From positions 96,001 to 160,000 of the forward strand of contig CAWIIB010000009.1 in NCBI GenBank assembly GCA_963836075.1: DNA of 64,000 bases, read 5' to 3'. Source of the DNA: an uncultured Acidobacteriota bacterium (GTDB lineage: Bacteria > Acidobacteriota > JAQAZP01). The position numbers were made by a program, and so were the translations under genes. The notes beneath the pieces are model-generated. The model was not told where the DNA came from, searched no databases, and saw only the letters and a program-made list of their open reading frames with translations. This document shows positions 50,816-60,365 of the stretch, in pieces. The stretch's first letter is position 1, and each line of letters starts with the position of its first letter.

Positions 50816-52023
50816 CCCTGCTGAAACTTGCGATACGCAACCTGATCGGCGCGGGGCTTCGCACGGTCCTCAACATTCTCGTCCTGACCCTGGTCTTCCT
50901 GGCCATCGTGGCTTCGCTGGGCCTGCTCGAGGGGATGAACGAGCAGACCTCCCGGGCGATGGTGGAGGCCGAGTACGGCGGGGGCCAGTTCTGGCATCCC
51001 GGATACGATCCCTATGATCCGCTGACCCTGGAGGACGCCCGCGGGATCCCGCCCCCGGAACTGCTCGATCTCATGGCCCGGGGCGAGGCGGCCGCCATCC
51101 TGGTTGTCCAGGGCACCATGTATCCCGGGGGGCGCCTGCGCCCGGTCCTCCTCAAGGGTATCGATCCCGGACAGGGCATTCTCGAGCTCCCCACCGCAGC
51201 CCTGGGCGCCTCACCGGACGAGCCTGACGGCATACCGGTTCTGCTGGGGTCGCGGATGGCCGAGAATACCGGCCTGGCCCCGGGGGACGTCGTCACCCTT
51301 CAGTGGCGGGACGTGAACGGGACCATCGACGCCCGGGAGGCCCGGGTGGTCCAGATCATGAACACGCCCGTTCAAAGCGTGGACCTGAACCAGGTCTGGC
51401 TGCCCCTGGGCCGGCTGCAGGAGATGATGGGCGCGCCCCGGGAAGCGACCCTGGCCGTGGCGCGCAGGGGCCTGCCGGGCCCTGCCGCGGGTCTGCAGGC
51501 TCCGGCCGCTTCCCTTGCCGGGGCGGACTGGGTGTTTCAGCGGCCCGATGACCTTCTCGCCGACATCCGGAATCTGGTGCGGGCCAAGAAGATCGGGGCC
51601 GGCATCATCTATGCCCTGCTGATCTTCCTGGCGATGATCGCCATCTTCGACACGCAGGTCCTGTCGCTGTTCCACCGCAGGAAGGAGATCGGGACGCTGA
51701 TGGCCCTGGGGATGACCCGGGGAAGGATCATGGCCCTCTTCGTCCTCGAGGGCGGCCTCCACGGGGTCCTGGCCATCGGCGCCGGTGCTGTATTCGGCAC
51801 CCCGCTCCTCTGGCGCTTCAGCCGGGTCGGCTGGAAACTGAGCACCCAGGCGGACAGTTACGGCTACGCCCTGGGAGACACCCTCTACCCGGTGTTCACC
51901 CCCGGAATTCTCATCCAGACCGGGCTGCTGCTCCTCCTGATCACGGCGCTGGTCAGCTGGATCCCGACCCGCAGCATATTGTCACTGACGCCCACCGAAG
52001 CGCTTCGGGGGAGGGCGGCATGA
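50812..52023 (+). CDS. ABC permease (LolC/E, FtsX family)
   Basis: LAIRNL N-terminus, large periplasmic domain, RRKEIGTLMALGM. Confidence 0.88.
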   Translation: MTLLKLAIRNLIGAGLRTVLNILVLTLVFLAIVASLGLLEGMNEQTSRAMVEAEYGGGQFWHPGYDPYDPLTLEDARGIPPPELLDLMARGEAAAILVVQGTMYPGGRLRPVLLKGIDPGQGILELPTAALGASPDEPDGIPVLLGSRMAENTGLAPGDVVTLQWRDVNGTIDAREARVVQIMNTPVQSVDLNQVWLPLGRLQEMMGAPREATLAVARRGLPGPAAGLQAPAASLAGADWVFQRPDDLLADIRNLVRAKKIGAGIIYALLIFLAMIAIFDTQVLSLFHRRKEIGTLMALGMTRGRIMALFVLEGGLHGVLAIGAGAVFGTPLLWRFSRVGWKLSTQADSYGYALGDTLYPVFTPGILIQTGLLLLLITALVSWIPTRSILSLTPTEALRGRAA

Positions 52024-53294
52024 TCCTCTTCCTGCTCAAGGGGCTCCTCAGAGACAGATCCCGCAGCTTCTTCCCGGTAATCACGGTTCTGGCGGGAGTG
52101 GCTCTCACGGTGGTGGCCTACAGCTGGATCCGAGGCACGGAAGCGGACATCATCCGGGCCAACGCCAGCTTCAGCACCGGCCATCTCAGGCTGACGACCC
52201 GCGGCTACCTCAACGAACCGGCCCAGACGGCCAATGAACTGGCCCTGGGGGATCTGGCCGGGTCCCTGGCCCTGCTCGAGGAAACCTGCCCCGGGCTGGA
52301 CTGGGTTCCCCGGATACGTTTTTCCGGTCTCTTCGACCTGCCGGACGCCCGGGGCGAAACCCGGGCCCAGGCTCCGGTGGCGGGGCTCGCTCTCGATCTG
52401 CTCAACCCGCACGGCGCCGAGCGAGAGATCCTCAACCTGGAGCGGGCCCTCACGTCCGGCCGGCTGCCGGCCGCCCCAAGCGAGATTCTGATCAGCGAAA
52501 CCCTCGCCGAACGATTGGGCCTTCGGCTCGGCGAAAGCGGGACATTCATCGGAACCACCCGCTTCGGGGGCCTGACCACCGCCAACTTCGAGGTGGTGGG
52601 GACCATCCGTTTCGGCATCACGGCCATGGATCGCGGAGCGATCCTCGGTGACATCAGCGGACTGGGGCCGGCCCTGGACATGGAGAACGCCGCCGGGGAA
52701 ATCCTGGGATTCTTCCCCGACCGCATCTACCGGCCGCATATCAGCGCCGAGATGACCGATGCGTTCAACCGGCGTTTCGAAGACCCCGGCGACGAGTTCT
52801 CGCTCCGCCTCACCCACCTGCGGAGCGATCCCGGGCTCGCCACACTGCTGGACCTGGCCGGAATCGTGACCGGAGCGCTGATCGCCCTTTTCGTGGCCGT
52901 GATGTCAATCGTGCTCTGGAACGCCGGGCTGATGGGGTCTCTCCGGCGCTACGGGGAGTTCGGTGTGCGCCTGGCCGTGGGCGAGAAGCACGGCCACATC
53001 TACGGTTCACTGCTGGTGGAGGCCCTGACTATCGGCGTTTTAGGCTCGCTGCTGGGGACGGCCCTGGGGCTGGGCCTCTCCCACTACCTCCAGGTCCGCG
53101 GCCTGAGCATCGCCCCGTTTCTGAAGAACGCCTCCCTGCTCATTTCCGACGTCCTCCGCGCCCGGGTGACGCTGGGGAGCTTCTTCATCGGCTTCGTGCC
53201 GGGTTTGCTGGCCACCCTCGTGGGTACGGCGGTCTCTGGTATTGGGATTTACCGGCGGCGGACCTCGCAGCTGGCCAAGGAGTTTGAAGGATGA
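52020..53294 (+). CDS. ABC permease (LolC/E, FtsX family)
   Basis: Same topology; RRYGEFGVRLAVGE. Confidence 0.88.
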   Translation: MILFLLKGLLRDRSRSFFPVITVLAGVALTVVAYSWIRGTEADIIRANASFSTGHLRLTTRGYLNEPAQTANELALGDLAGSLALLEETCPGLDWVPRIRFSGLFDLPDARGETRAQAPVAGLALDLLNPHGAEREILNLERALTSGRLPAAPSEILISETLAERLGLRLGESGTFIGTTRFGGLTTANFEVVGTIRFGITAMDRGAILGDISGLGPALDMENAAGEILGFFPDRIYRPHISAEMTDAFNRRFEDPGDEFSLRLTHLRSDPGLATLLDLAGIVTGALIALFVAVMSIVLWNAGLMGSLRRYGEFGVRLAVGEKHGHIYGSLLVEALTIGVLGSLLGTALGLGLSHYLQVRGLSIAPFLKNASLLISDVLRARVTLGSFFIGFVPGLLATLVGTAVSGIGIYRRRTSQLAKEFEG

Positions 53295-54076
53295 GGACGA
53301 TCAGCATTATCGGTTGCGCCCTGGCGCTCTTCTCCCTTGCCGCAACGGTACCGCTCGCGGGTTCCGGCGGTGCGGATGACGCGGCGGGCGCCGGGCCATT
53401 GACCGGGGAGCAGATTCTCGTGCGGGTCGACGAAAACCTGGCCTCGGAAACCAAGATCTCTCTTTCCCGCATGGTCATCCAGGGGCGGGCCGGCTCCCGG
53501 ACCGTGGAGTCGCGGTCCTGGATCAGAGGCACGGAGGAGTCCTTCACCGAGTATCTGGCCCCCCCCAGGGACCGGGGGACCAAGATGCTGAAACTGGGCG
53601 ACCAGCTCTGGACCTACTTCCCCGACACCGACCGTACCATCCTCATCGCCGGCCATATGCTGCGGCAATCCGTGATGGGATCGGACCTCTCCTATGAGGA
53701 CCTGATGGAAGACCCCCATCTCTTCGACATGTACTCGGCGGAGGTCCTCAGGACGGAGCCGTGTGACGGTCGACCGTGCTGGGTCCTGCGGCTTGAGGCG
53801 AAGGACACCTCGCCGGCCTACCACGCCCGGGAGATGTGGGTGGACCAGGAGCGCTTCGTGCCCCTCAGGGAGAGCCGGTTCGCCAAGAGCGGAAAGCTGC
53901 TGAAGACCACCGAGGTGCGGCGAGTGGAACGACAGGGTGACCGCTGGGTGGCGCGGGAAATGGTCTTCAAGGACGTGCTGAAATCGGGGGAGGGAACCGT
54001 TTTTATCATCGAATCGATCGAGTTTGATGCCGAAATCCCGGGCTACTTCTTTACCAAGGCAGCCCTGCGGCGCTGA
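53291..54076 (+). CDS. LolA-like outer membrane lipoprotein-sorting protein
   Basis: Signal peptide; GTKMLK...LWTY, MGSDLSYEDL motifs. Confidence 0.85.
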   Translation: MRTISIIGCALALFSLAATVPLAGSGGADDAAGAGPLTGEQILVRVDENLASETKISLSRMVIQGRAGSRTVESRSWIRGTEESFTEYLAPPRDRGTKMLKLGDQLWTYFPDTDRTILIAGHMLRQSVMGSDLSYEDLMEDPHLFDMYSAEVLRTEPCDGRPCWVLRLEAKDTSPAYHAREMWVDQERFVPLRESRFAKSGKLLKTTEVRRVERQGDRWVAREMVFKDVLKSGEGTVFIIESIEFDAEIPGYFFTKAALRR

Positions 54077-54095
54077 GCGGAGAAAAGGGCGAGGA

Positions 54096-56546
54096 ATGAA
54101 GCGGAAGATCATCTGGCTGGACAGCCGCAAGGCCCTGGATCGCACGCTGACCGGGGGAAAGGCAGCGAACCTGGCGCGGCTCGTGTCTCTCGGCTTCCCC
54201 GTGCCCAAGGGGTTCGTGATCCCGCCGGAAATTGAGCTGAAGGGCAGCCGGTCCCCGGGAACTCTCCTGGGCTCGGGGCGGCGTCGGCTCGATGGTCCGC
54301 TGGCCGTGCGATCCTCTCTGGTGGGGGAGGATGGAACGAATCATTCCTTTGCCGGACAACTGGAAACAGTCCTCGGCGTCGAGGGAGAGAAGCCGCTGCT
54401 CACCGCCGTCGCTCAGGTGCGATCCTCCGTGTTTCATCCCCGGATCCGGCGATATGCCGAACAGCATGACCTGCTGGAGCTCCGGTCCTCTTCCCGCCCC
54501 TCCCGGTCGCCCGGCGGGGTGGCGGATATATTCAGGATGGCCGTCCTGGTCCAGGAAATGGTCCCGGCATTGGCCGCCGGCGTGGCGTTCAGCGCCGACC
54601 CCCTGACGGGCCGGCGCACCGTGATCATCGAGGCGGTGCCACGTCATGGCGACGCTTTACTCCAGGGCCGGATCGAGCCCGACCGGTTCATCATCGACCC
54701 CCGGGGGGAGCTGGCCCTGGAGGAAAGAAAGACCCTGAGCCGCCAGGATCTCCCATCCGGAATCATCAAGGCCCTCGGGGACACGGTTCTGCAGGTCGCG
54801 GCCCGTTTCGGCACGCCTCAGGATGTCGAGTGGGCCTGGGACGGGAAACGGATGTACCTCCTGCAAGCCCGTCCGATCACCTCTCTGGCGGGGCAGAGCG
54901 TCTATTCGAAAAAGCTGCTGGGGGACATGATTCCCGGACCTATCAAGCCCCTGGTCTGGTCCACGAATGTTCTCGGCATGGTGGAAGGTGTCTTCGGGGA
55001 CGTGTTCACCCGGCTCATCGGAAAGAACGACCACGACTTCAGGCGCATCCTGCGAAGAATCCGGTCCCGGGCTTACGTGGACACGACCTTCGTCGGCCGG
55101 CTCCTGGCCGAGGTCGGGTTGCCCGGGAATCTCTTCGAAGCCGTCGGCAGGGAGGAGAAGGTGCCGGTGCGGGTCGGGCTGAACAGGACGCTTCTCGCCC
55201 GGGCGCCGAGGTTCTTCATCTTCTGCCTGCGCCATGCCCGGCTGGAGAAAAAACTGTCTTCCGGTCTCCGGGAACACGATCGGGCCCTCGACGCTTTCCG
55301 CAAGGCCGAGCTGGCATCGATGCCCGCATCCCGGCTGTTCGACCGCGCGGACGAACTGCTCATGCTCCACCGCAAGCTCCAGGGCTCCATCATGTTCGCC
55401 AGCATGAGCCTCGGCATTCGCACCCGCCTGTTGAAGCGTTACGTGGCCCGGCACGCCGCGGAAGTCGATCCGTCCCACCTCCTGCTCGGCCGGCGGGGTT
55501 TGAAATCCACCGCGCCGAATCGCGAACTGAGCGCCCTGGCGGCGGAAGCGGCCAGCCTGGATCAGGAGCAGGTATCCCTCTTCCTGACCGGAGACACCGA
55601 GGCCATAGGTCAGGGCCTCACCGGGTGCGCGGCGGGAACAGCGATCATCGCCGGGGTGGAACGGTTCCTCGGGCGCTATGGATTCCTCAGCGCCAACGGC
55701 ACCAATTTCGGCGAGCCCAGCTGGGAGGAGGAGCCCGGACCGGTGTGGAAAGCCCTGGGGCGGATGATCCGCAGCGGGCAGCCCAATCAGATCGACAACA
55801 CCGCTGTCCGCGAGGGGGCGAGGAAGGCCGTCCTGGACCGGCTGGGGCCATTCCGGCGGATCCATTTTGCCAGACGCCTGGCATCCGTTGCCCGTTACCT
55901 GGAGCTTCGGGAAGGGATCAGCTCGCTGATGACGGAGGACACCTACGAACTCCGGCGGCTCTTCCTCGGGATCGGCCGCCGACTGGTGGAGCAGGGCCGA
56001 ACGGATGACGCGGAAGACGTGTTTCTCCTTCACGCCGAGGAACTTCGCCGGGCGCTGGGCGGGGACGGTGACACGGGGGAACTGAGGGCGCTGATCGAGG
56101 AGCGCCGGGCTGAACTCGACCGGGACCGGGACGCGGAACTGCCCGAGACGATCGTGGGAGAAGGAATCCCGGAAGCGGCCACCGTGACCGAATCCGGCCC
56201 GCTGTTGACGGGGATGGGCGTCAGCACCGGCGTGGTGCGGGGGACGGCCCGCGTGGTCAGGGAACTGGACGACGCTCCGGCCAGCCTGACCAGGGGTGAC
56301 ATCCTGATCGTTCCCTTTTCCGATGTCGGGTGGACGCCGCTCTTCGCCACGGTGGGTGGCATCGTCGCGGAATGCGGCGGGCAGCTCTCCCACACGGCCA
56401 TCGTGGCCCGGGAGTACGGCCTGCCGGCGGTGGTGGGCGTGCGGGGGGTGATGAGGGAAATCAGGGACGGACAGGTGATAACCGTGGACGGGGGAAAGGG
56501 GCATATCCATCTTGCGCAGGCGGCTCCGCCAGGCGAATCAGCCTGA
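54096..56546 (+). CDS. PEP-utilising-enzyme family dikinase with rifampin-phosphotransferase-like architecture
   Basis: N-terminal ATP-grasp (GGKAANL, AVRSS..GED, SFAGQ, QDVEWA, LQARPIT); central helical domain; C-terminal phospho-His swivel (GGQLSHTAIVAREYG); no PEP/pyruvate barrel. Confidence 0.85.
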   Translation: MKRKIIWLDSRKALDRTLTGGKAANLARLVSLGFPVPKGFVIPPEIELKGSRSPGTLLGSGRRRLDGPLAVRSSLVGEDGTNHSFAGQLETVLGVEGEKPLLTAVAQVRSSVFHPRIRRYAEQHDLLELRSSSRPSRSPGGVADIFRMAVLVQEMVPALAAGVAFSADPLTGRRTVIIEAVPRHGDALLQGRIEPDRFIIDPRGELALEERKTLSRQDLPSGIIKALGDTVLQVAARFGTPQDVEWAWDGKRMYLLQARPITSLAGQSVYSKKLLGDMIPGPIKPLVWSTNVLGMVEGVFGDVFTRLIGKNDHDFRRILRRIRSRAYVDTTFVGRLLAEVGLPGNLFEAVGREEKVPVRVGLNRTLLARAPRFFIFCLRHARLEKKLSSGLREHDRALDAFRKAELASMPASRLFDRADELLMLHRKLQGSIMFASMSLGIRTRLLKRYVARHAAEVDPSHLLLGRRGLKSTAPNRELSALAAEAASLDQEQVSLFLTGDTEAIGQGLTGCAAGTAIIAGVERFLGRYGFLSANGTNFGEPSWEEEPGPVWKALGRMIRSGQPNQIDNTAVREGARKAVLDRLGPFRRIHFARRLASVARYLELREGISSLMTEDTYELRRLFLGIGRRLVEQGRTDDAEDVFLLHAEELRRALGGDGDTGELRALIEERRAELDRDRDAELPETIVGEGIPEAATVTESGPLLTGMGVSTGVVRGTARVVRELDDAPASLTRGDILIVPFSDVGWTPLFATVGGIVAECGGQLSHTAIVAREYGLPAVVGVRGVMREIRDGQVITVDGGKGHIHLAQAAPPGESA

Positions 56547-56625
56547 GGACGCGTTGCGGGACATTCGGCGCCACAGCCCCGGGCAGGACGAACCGGCAGC
56601 CGAGAACGTCTTTCTGGAGGCAGGG

Positions 56626-57339
56626 ATGAACATCCAACTCGCGGGATTGAGCCTGCTCACCGGCTACCTGGTCGGCAGCATTTCCATGGCCCGGATCGTC
56701 AGCGCCCTGGCCGCGCCCGGGAAAAAAGTGCCCACGGTCACCGAACTGAGGCTCGAGGGGAGCGACCGGGTCTTTCACCTCGGAACGGTCAGCGCTTCCT
56801 CGGTGTCGGTGCAGCACGGCTCGAAATACGGTTTCCTGGTCTTCCTCCTGGACATGATCAAGGTCATCATTCCGGTGGCGCTGTTCAGGCACTTCTTCCC
56901 GGGCTCATCCTATTTCCTGCTGGTGGCCACCGCGGCCGTGGCCGGGCACATCTGGCCGGTCTATCACCGATTCCGGGGAGGGCGGGGCCTCTCCGCCATC
57001 TACGGCACCCTCCTCGTCGTCGACTGGATCGGGATGTTCATCGCCGGCGCGGGGGGGATGGTCGTGGGGCTGTTCATCCTCCGCTCAGTCCTTCTCGCCT
57101 ACGTGCTCGGGCCGTGGCTGGTGGTACCCTGGATCTGGTGGCGCACCGGTGACCCGGCCCACGTTGCTTTTGCGGTTGCGGCTGCCGTATTTTTTACCAT
57201 CTCCATGGTGCCTGAAATCAGGCAGTGGAGGAAGATTTCGAAAGAGGAACAGTGGGACGACTATCAGGCGGTGATGCAGCTCTCCGGGATGGGCAGGGGA
57301 ATTCTCAAGCTGGCGAAGAAGATCGGGGTGGTGAAGTAG
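56626..57339 (+). CDS. Divergent PlsY-family membrane acyltransferase
   Basis: GYLVGSI, LDMIK, AGHIWPVYHRFRGGRG; motifs 1 and 3 degenerate; GGAGG RBS. Confidence 0.75.
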   Translation: MNIQLAGLSLLTGYLVGSISMARIVSALAAPGKKVPTVTELRLEGSDRVFHLGTVSASSVSVQHGSKYGFLVFLLDMIKVIIPVALFRHFFPGSSYFLLVATAAVAGHIWPVYHRFRGGRGLSAIYGTLLVVDWIGMFIAGAGGMVVGLFILRSVLLAYVLGPWLVVPWIWWRTGDPAHVAFAVAAAVFFTISMVPEIRQWRKISKEEQWDDYQAVMQLSGMGRGILKLAKKIGVVK

Positions 57340-58031
57340 CCCCGGGCGCCGCTCCCATCGTCGTGCTGGGTGGTTTGCTCAGCACCCCCTCCCTCTACCG
57401 GGAGATGGGGGACACCCTCCGGCGACTTGCCGGGGCGCCGGTGCTGGTGGTCCCGGTTTCCCGCCTGGAATGGGCGGCGACCGTTTCCGGATGGGGGTGG
57501 GAGCGGATCCTGCTGAAACTGCGGGAGACCGTCGACCGGGCGTTCCGGCTCGGCGAGGACCGGCGGGTCACGCTGGTGGGGCACAGCGCGGGCGGGGTCA
57601 TCGGCAGGCTGTATCTCAGCCCCGAGCCGTTCAGGGGTCACCGCTTCCGGGGACTGGATCAGGTACGCCACCTCATCACCCTGGGCAGCCCCCATCTGAA
57701 CGTTCGGGGCGCCCGCCTGCGCAGTTGGGTGGACCGGACCTTGCCCGGCGCCTATTTCGCTCCGCGGGTCGCCTATTCCACGGTGGCCGGCCGGGCCGTT
57801 CGGGGCGATCGGCGAGGCCCTGTGAAGGCACGGCTGGCCTATCTGCTGTACCGTCAGCTTTGCGGCGAGGGGTCCCAATGGGGAGACGGGGTTGTTCCCC
57901 TCGCTTCGGCACGTCTGGAGGGTGCCGCCAACCTCACTCTGGATGCCGTGGCCCATGCACCCATCGGGGGGAAGCTCTGGTACGGGACGCCCGAGATGGT
58001 AAGGGAGTGGTGGGAACAGTCAAGGCCGTGA
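57252..58031 (+). CDS. Alpha/beta hydrolase (lipase/esterase, PGAP1-like); start uncertain
   Basis: PIVVLGG, LVGHSAGG, LITLGSPH, GDGVVP, VAH. Confidence 0.8.
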   Translation: MGRLSGGDAALRDGQGNSQAGEEDRGGEVAPGAAPIVVLGGLLSTPSLYREMGDTLRRLAGAPVLVVPVSRLEWAATVSGWGWERILLKLRETVDRAFRLGEDRRVTLVGHSAGGVIGRLYLSPEPFRGHRFRGLDQVRHLITLGSPHLNVRGARLRSWVDRTLPGAYFAPRVAYSTVAGRAVRGDRRGPVKARLAYLLYRQLCGEGSQWGDGVVPLASARLEGAANLTLDAVAHAPIGGKLWYGTPEMVREWWEQSRP

Positions 58032-58252
58032 AGGGAGGGAGGCGGCTCCTCCCGAAACGGTGGTGCGTCTGTTTTTCGCGCTACTGTTCGTGCCGCCATG
58101 AAGGGATGGGATATGATCTGCCGTGGCCGGAGCCTGAAGCACGGCCGCGCACCGGACCAAGGTCCCGGGGGAGGGACGGTGGTCTTTATCCCCGGACCGT
58201 CCTGACCGGGAGTCAAGCCGGTGCTGATCAGGGCGGCGGAGAGGGAGCGAGC

Positions 58253-59344
58253 ATGGAGGAGCATCTCTTCATTACCGGGGGCACCGGCTTTATCGGGAGC
58301 CGCCTCCTCAGGCTGTGGCTCGAACGGACCAACGCGCTGATCACGCTGCTCATCCGGCCACGCGCCGGTTCCAGCGCCAAAAGTCAACGACGGCGCGCGC
58401 TGGCCGCCCTTCCCAAAGAATGGCGCAATACCTGCTCCGGGCGAATCAGGCTGGTCCGGGGCGATCTCGCGCTTCCGCAACTGGGCATTCAACCCGACGA
58501 CTGGGCGGCGCTTGCCAGGAGCGTCACCCACATCGTCCACGCCGGGGCTGTGCTGCGTTTCAACCTGGCACTCGACCAGGCACGGCGGATCAACACGAAC
58601 GGGACAGCGGCGGTCCTCGACCTGGCCCGATGCTGCCGCCGCCTCGTCCGGTTCGATTACCTCAGCACAGCCTACGTCGCCAGCCGCTGTCAGGGGGTGG
58701 TGCTGGAGGACACATGCCGGGTTTTCGAGGAGCACAACAACAGCTACGAGCGCAGCAAGTATGAGGCCGAGCTTCTGATCAGGGGGGCGATGGCGGAAGT
58801 GCCCGCGGCCATCCTGCGGCCAACGGTCGTGACCTGCGATTTGCAGAGCGGCTATGCGCCGGCCACCAGCGCCTTCTTCCGCTTGCTGCATGCCGTGGCG
58901 AGCGGCATTCTCACCGTACTGCCCGGGCGGCCGGGGACCCTGCTCGACCTGGTGCCCTTGGACTATATTGCCGAAGCGGCTTTTGCCATCGGCCGGCAAT
59001 CCGATACCGCGGGCCGCTGCTTCCACCTCAGCGCCGGCCGGGAGAACCTCATCAGCCTTGGTGATCTGCGCGATCTGGCCTGTGCCGGCTTCGGACGCGA
59101 AACGGTGGAGATCCTGTCCCCGGATCTATTCGCGCACTGGGCGGCAGACCGCTGCAAGGTGATGCCCGAGACGAGCGCCCACCTGGAGGAGATCAGCCTC
59201 TACCTGCCATATCTCAGTCACCATCCTCACTTTGACAATGCGAATGCCATGCGTGCGCTGGACGGGACCGCTGTGCACATGGTGGCCGTCCCGGACTATT
59301 TCGATCGTGTCGCAGCCTACGTCGGCCGCCTGCTTCGGAAGTGA
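58253..59344 (+). CDS. Extended SDR, fatty acyl-CoA/thioester reductase (male-sterility NAD-binding domain)
   Basis: FITGGTGFIG, GDLALPQLG, HAGAVLRF, STAYV, NSYERSK, LRPTVV, DLVPLDY. Confidence 0.82.
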   Translation: MEEHLFITGGTGFIGSRLLRLWLERTNALITLLIRPRAGSSAKSQRRRALAALPKEWRNTCSGRIRLVRGDLALPQLGIQPDDWAALARSVTHIVHAGAVLRFNLALDQARRINTNGTAAVLDLARCCRRLVRFDYLSTAYVASRCQGVVLEDTCRVFEEHNNSYERSKYEAELLIRGAMAEVPAAILRPTVVTCDLQSGYAPATSAFFRLLHAVASGILTVLPGRPGTLLDLVPLDYIAEAAFAIGRQSDTAGRCFHLSAGRENLISLGDLRDLACAGFGRETVEILSPDLFAHWAADRCKVMPETSAHLEEISLYLPYLSHHPHFDNANAMRALDGTAVHMVAVPDYFDRVAAYVGRLLRK

Positions 59345-59472
59345 CGCTCACAGTTTCCCGTCGCTGGCCGCTGGTCGCTGTTCTGCTGTCCCGGGGATTC
59401 CACCCAAGATTCCTCATCCGCATCTCGCGGCCGCCGCCGGGGAGGGCCGGAGGCTGGTGCCGGCCGTACATG

Positions 59473-59502
59473 GAAAAGCCACCCGTTTGCGGGTGGCTTT
59501 TC
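59473..59502. terminator. Bidirectional intrinsic terminator (copy 2)
   Basis: Same perfect 13-bp inverted repeat, again between convergent genes. Confidence 0.85.
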
Positions 59503-59521
59503 ACATATCGCCTGAAGACAA

Positions 59522-59704
59522 TCAGCCGCCGATGGACGCGCCGCCGCCGGTCTCCGCCTCGGAGATGCAATTCTTCAGCTCTTCCTCGGTGGCCTCGGAT
59601 TTCTTTTTCAGAGCGCTCTGGGGGCAGATGAACTCATCCCCATTGGCGTTCTTGACGATGATGAAGCTCTCTTTTCTGCCGGTGAACGTTTCGACGTCGG
59701 ACAT
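59522..59704 (-). CDS. 60-aa two-Cys, Gly-Gly-ending protein, copy 2 (V47I)
   Basis: AGGAGGAA RBS; 59/60 aa identical to copy 1. Confidence 0.8.
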   Translation of the reverse strand: MSDVETFTGRKESFIIVKNANGDEFICPQSALKKKSEATEEELKNCISEAETGGGASIGG

Positions 59705-59791
59705 TGTTCTTCCTCCTTGTGGGGGTTTCAGTAGTTCGGCACCTGCTTCTGCGGACGGTCCCCGAACGGCGCAAAAAGAAGTAGCCGCAGG

Positions 59792-60361
59792 TCACTCGGC
59801 TTTCTTAGCGATCCCCAGCTGCTCCAGTCGGGCGGCCAGGTCCTCTCCGGCCGAACCGGTTTTCACCTTGTCGTCGATGAACAGCACCTTGCCGTCGGCA
59901 CCGATGTAGATCGTCTGCCGGGCCGCATAGAGACCCATGCCCCGGAGCACACCGTAGGCCCGGGCCACGTCCTTGCCCGGATCGCTGAGGATCGGGTAAT
60001 CCAGTTCGAGGGACTGGGCAAACTCCTTGTTCTTCTCCGGCTTGTCGATGCTGGCCGCGAAGTATGCCACGTCGTATTTGCGGATCTTTTCGCCGCTCTC
60101 ACGGAGCGACCGGCACTCGGCGGTTCAGCCACCGGTGAACGCCTTGGGGAACCAGGCGATGACCACCGCCCTCTTACCCAGAAAATCATCCAGGCTGTAG
60201 GTGTTCCCGTCGGAACCGGGCAGGCTGAACGGCGGTGCCGTGGCGCCGACTTCCAGTTTTTTGCTCATGTCGGTCTCTTCCTCCGTGGAGAAACTGCAGT
60301 TCGAGACGCCCAGGGCCGTGAAGGCGAGGATGATGATGGTCAGCAATCCGAAGCGCCGCAT
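59792..60361 (-). CDS. Selenocysteine-containing peroxiredoxin (BCP/AhpC-TSA family) with N-terminal export signal
   Basis: The two ORFs are in one frame: WFPKAFTGG-UGA(60125-60127)-TAECRSL, with UGA at the peroxidatic Cys position of PxxxTxxC; AAGGAGG RBS. Confidence 0.88.
60092..60110 (-). promoter_or_regulatory. Bacterial SECIS hairpin
   Basis: GTCGCTC-CGTGA-GAGCGGC: 7-bp stem starting 14 nt after UGA, G-containing apical loop. Confidence 0.7.
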
Positions 60362-60365
60362 GGTT

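Larger units (their letters stand above)
59461..59730. repeat. 270-bp direct repeat, copy 2
   Basis: Matches 19576-19845 at an offset of 39,885 bp. Confidence 0.95.

Noticed and set aside
54096-56546. PEP synthase/PPDK or rifampin-resistance call
   Set aside because: It lacks the PEP/pyruvate barrel; the RPH-like layout alone does not establish rifamycin specificity, and the context is lipid metabolism
57225-57365. PlsY-lipase fusion or a long overlap
   Set aside because: PlsY has a clean TAG at 57337-57339; the lipase start is ambiguous and may reflect an indel, so no claim is made
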